A stretch of 64,000 nucleotides of DNA, taken from sequence record OQ427096.1; one strand, 5' to 3'. This document shows, one piece after another, positions 61,601 through 64,000 of the stretch (position 1 is its first letter; the number at the start of each line of letters is the position of its first letter). The notes under the pieces are model-generated. The model worked only from the letters and a program-made list of their open reading frames with translations. It searched no databases and was not told the origin of the DNA. The position numbers and the translations under genes are program-made.

Positions 61601-62770
61601 TTCATCACCGGACGCGTTGGATTCAACGCTCACCTCAACTCTACAGCCACTGCAGCTGTTATTTCTGCTCAGAATGGCGGCACAGTATACCTGAGACCGA
61701 ATGGTGCCGATAACTCAAACCAAGAAGTCACCGTAGGCACCGACGGTACACTGAATGTCTCTGGTAGTATCCGCCTTGGGGGTAACGGTCGTAACATTCG
61801 TTTGTATGATAACAACGTAGACACTGCGTGCGTTGACATTGGTTCGGGTATTGGTACAGGTACTGACCGAGGTGGCTATGTCATCAACCGAAACGCTGGC
61901 GGTGAACTATCTCTTTGGGCTCGTAACGGTGGTGTCCAGCTGCGCCTCGGTCTTAGAGACGGTGTCGCAGGTGCTGTAGCACAGCTCAACGTTCCTATGC
62001 TCTTCTCTGCACCAGCTATGGATCCTGGAAACGCTGCAACCTGGTCGATCCTAACCACCGGTTCCTACGGTGGTGGCGTTGGTATGCGCGACAATGCGGG
62101 TAGCGGAAACTACTTCGGTGGCATGTATCTCGGCTCTGGGCAGATGTACATCGGTTGTGGTGCACCAAATGAGGCAGGTATTCGTGCTTCGGTTGTGATC
62201 AAGAACGATTACCAATGGTACTTCACAGGTAACACTATCAACATCGAAGGTTCCTCGCCTACTATCCGTGTCTACGATAACGATCAAGGCTACACCAGCT
62301 GGATCCACCACAACGACGGTAACCACGGATTCCTGGCACACAATAGCTTCTCTTGGGCATGTTTCCGTAACTCAGGAAATGATTGGCAGTGCCAGAACAA
62401 CATCATCGCCTACGCATCTGATAGGCGCCTTAAGAAGAACATCGTTGATGCACCGAACGATATCATCGAGCACTTCTTCGAGAATGTCCGCATCCGACAG
62501 TTCGATTGGGATGAAGAGAAGATTGCTCACTATAAGGTAGGCATCAAGGCACGAGTTGGTGAGGTGGGTGCTGTGGCTCAGGAAATGCAGGCGGTCTATT
62601 CTGACGCTGTTGCAGTCAATGAGGCGCACAACCAGATCAAGACCAAAGACAACCCTAATCCTTTGAAGCCAGACTTCTTGACCATTGACTGGACAAAGAC
62701 TGTTCCGCTTCTAATCGCCGAAGTACAGAACCTGCGCCGCAGAGTTGCACAATTGGAGAACCGAGCATGA
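58655..62770 (+). CDS. Tail fibre with C-terminal peptidase S74 auto-chaperone
   Basis: Three TARTINGTSFNGSANI repeats, CBM-like domain, SDRRLKKNI..G.VAQE..PLLI coiled coil. Confidence 0.93.
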   Translation: MASIKPLYINAAGLEAQAASGDTVPVDYGGTGLSSLTANSYLRAVSSSAFELRTPAQVLADIGALSTTGTAASATILATARTINGTSFNGSANITTSTWGTARTLTIGSTGKSVNGSANVAWSLTEIGAAPTVHTHVSADITDLQTQLSGRVQRGTLQLNPDGTAPATFFNEVSDTLALKYSNNSTGSTGYPTEFGATLSVIMEKQSTRSFDLHMPTNSANNLYFRGYSSAGTPTDWKTIGALQNTNTWTAKQTFAGGVNMANDVLLEYGSGGATIRGSSTGSIILASGAAAGAGIRLRPNGDTSLTGQVAIDTDGIVVATGFSGPLTGNATTATTLATARTINGTSFNGSANITTANWGTARTLTIGGTGKSVNGSANVAWTLAEIGAASADDMLLIGGDNQIGNGNFYTGTAAGWSGGSGSIGSGTAVRSIVDSTLASTGKAYRMDIANFPTTGYIEIISNTNVKIARVQGGERAVVAAYARGSAGVRVFLQIRWNDETGAAISYTGTPNNSSYLTSETWTKYTYSATAPANAVSANLYVRVYGNTAADQWFETSHISMQVGNVSTGYAPSIDELRNDFNNLITTPNVWNQLQTFNGGWTLPNNKFGLIGTGGGSIRGTDTGSVVLSSGTGGSGFIYVRPNGDTSTSFQTVFYATGNVDMPTVRAGASTPNAAGAVMLELVSERSWQFRQRNTGATTQLELFDLTGAKDFVLSNTSNTNVIVMNPTNSSISATTFTGALTGNATTATTLATARTINGTSFNGSANITTSLWGTARNITIGSTTKSVNGSANVSWTLAEIGAVDASGFVKKVGDTMSGDLTVSANVSGQMVRAGFSADLAFAQVRTLGDGSSIVWWESILKSSGGPGGESWYRAKSHVWTNDQGNISATLDTSGTFTAYNVLAAKSFSVTDATATSSIQGNLSINDSLNAKGVMYFGGKVANTGNKIRILNPDTSTSVRIDAVTADASAFAQMNFYASQFTFITGRVGFNAHLNSTATAAVISAQNGGTVYLRPNGADNSNQEVTVGTDGTLNVSGSIRLGGNGRNIRLYDNNVDTACVDIGSGIGTGTDRGGYVINRNAGGELSLWARNGGVQLRLGLRDGVAGAVAQLNVPMLFSAPAMDPGNAATWSILTTGSYGGGVGMRDNAGSGNYFGGMYLGSGQMYIGCGAPNEAGIRASVVIKNDYQWYFTGNTINIEGSSPTIRVYDNDQGYTSWIHHNDGNHGFLAHNSFSWACFRNSGNDWQCQNNIIAYASDRRLKKNIVDAPNDIIEHFFENVRIRQFDWDEEKIAHYKVGIKARVGEVGAVAQEMQAVYSDAVAVNEAHNQIKTKDNPNPLKPDFLTIDWTKTVPLLIAEVQNLRRRVAQLENRA

Positions 62771-63168
62771 GCTCACGAGTAATCACAGAAGAAAGCATCA
62801 CCCGTATTCGCGAGACTGTCGCACCTAATATCACTATCCAATGGGATCCAGTAACCAATGGAGGACAGGTAACGTTCTTCATGCAGGATCAGATCACAGA
62901 GAATGGTGTCTACAAAGGCATGCAACCTCATCAAGGACTGCGCCCTAAGGAGAACTCTCTTGATATGAAGGGTGTGCTCATTGTGCCTATGGAAGAGATC
63001 ATGAACTCGACCATTGTGACATCCTCAGGTGAAACGCCTGGTTATGTGCTGATGGTTCTTATCAAGGCATACTTTGAGCAGGTATTCACGGATCGTCTCA
63101 ACAATCAGGACGCTGCGGACGCACTCAAGGGCGGTACAATTCCTGTCGAAGAGAAGGCGAGCCTCTAA
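62767..63168 (+). CDS. Hypothetical protein (fibre-associated)
   Basis: ATGA overlap with tail fibre. Confidence 0.7.
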   Translation: MSSRVITEESITRIRETVAPNITIQWDPVTNGGQVTFFMQDQITENGVYKGMQPHQGLRPKENSLDMKGVLIVPMEEIMNSTIVTSSGETPGYVLMVLIKAYFEQVFTDRLNNQDAADALKGGTIPVEEKASL

Positions 63169-63644
63169 TGCCAATTCCAGGTTCGGGTGCAATCTCATTT
63201 GCAGATCTAAGAAACGAGTTTGGCGGTGGTAACCCTGTAAGAATCTCAGACTACTTCCGCGGCGGTCCGCGAGTTCCAAACACAGGAACAAACGCAGGCG
63301 TACCAACAAGTGGAATCGTCTATCTGTCGCAGTATCGAAATGCGAGTGCATCTACACCACTGACTGCATCGGTTCCGGATATCAACGCATCGCGTCTCCC
63401 AAACGGTTCGGCTACACGTTCAACAACAGTGACTGCATCTGGTGGTACAGGTTCCTACAGCCTCACCAATGCTGTTCTTTTGTCAGGTAGTGCAACAGTT
63501 TCCCGAAGTGGCATGTCTGTCAACGTGACAGCATCTGCTACCAACGCTGAGAGAAACGGTTCGGTTCGCGTAACCATCTCAGATGGTGCAACCACTATCA
63601 CTCGCGACTTCAACTTCTACATGCAATTCGGTACGCCGCTCTAA
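63168..63644 (+). CDS. Putative fibre-tip/adhesin protein
   Basis: P.SGAISF.D..EFGG..P..SDYFRGG N-terminus typical of fibre-adjacent genes. Confidence 0.7.
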   Translation: MPIPGSGAISFADLRNEFGGGNPVRISDYFRGGPRVPNTGTNAGVPTSGIVYLSQYRNASASTPLTASVPDINASRLPNGSATRSTTVTASGGTGSYSLTNAVLLSGSATVSRSGMSVNVTASATNAERNGSVRVTISDGATTITRDFNFYMQFGTPL

Positions 63645-63693
63645 GCCTGTAAATAATGGACAACGTAATGATACATTGCCCGGAGTTTACCCA

Positions 63694-64000
63694 ATGAAGT
63701 TTGCCGCATTCCAAAACCCAGCTGTTTTTGATCTTCTGAACCGCCTATTCGTGGCTCAGGTGCCTGTCAAGGTCGCCTACAAGCTCAGCAAGATCCAGAA
63801 GGCTGTGACCGTTGAGTCGGAACGTTACCAAGACCTGCGCATGAAGATCGTGTCCAAGTTTGGTACCAAGGACGAGAACGGTGAGCTCATCGTCGACGAG
63901 GCAGGCAATGCCAAGATCGAGGATGCAGCCCTGAATGACCTCATCGAAGAGATGAAGGAACTACACGACATTGACGTTACGCTAGAGAACAAGATCAAGC
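63694..64000 (+). CDS. DUF1617-like protein (partial, runs off window)
   Basis: P.KVAYKLSK...Y..R..IV.K.G.KDENG; TAAATA at 63650. Confidence 0.7.
   Translation, partial: MKFAAFQNPAVFDLLNRLFVAQVPVKVAYKLSKIQKAVTVESERYQDLRMKIVSKFGTKDENGELIVDEAGNAKIEDAALNDLIEEMKELHDIDVTLENKIK

Noticed and set aside
40-62770. Stop-codon reassignment
   Set aside because: All conserved genes are full-length under the standard code, and no CTA/TCA/TTA cloverleaf tRNA is present

Overview
64-kb segment of a large lytic dsDNA phage genome (T4-superfamily, jumbo-myovirus-like; about 50% GC by eye; standard code; almost all genes on +). From left to right: class Ia ribonucleotide reductase (nrdA, nrdB) with glutaredoxin; early genes, ATP-dependent DNA ligase, a tandem array of acidic proteins sharing a W-x-[PS]-S..C-stop C-terminus, and two nucleoside-deoxyribosyltransferase-like genes; an 11-kb RNA island (12.0-23.3 kb); an accessory region (phosphoesterases, nucleotidyltransferase, type II topoisomerase, PNK, DUF932, SPFH, macro-like, MazG, ThyX, QueD, SprT-like, PDG, RNA ligase, NADAR); and, from 54.9 kb, a late module under T4-type TATAAATA promoters with tail-fibre genes. 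The RNA island holds 39 cloverleaf tRNAs covering all 20 amino acids, several rearranged tRNA-like RNAs, three CCA-ended mini-RNAs, a Y-RNA-like permuted module, two H-type pseudoknots and a ~0.9-kb GOLLD-like ncRNA. The most unusual elements are this non-canonical RNA repertoire and the C-terminal Cys protein family. All calls are by eye; no searches were run.
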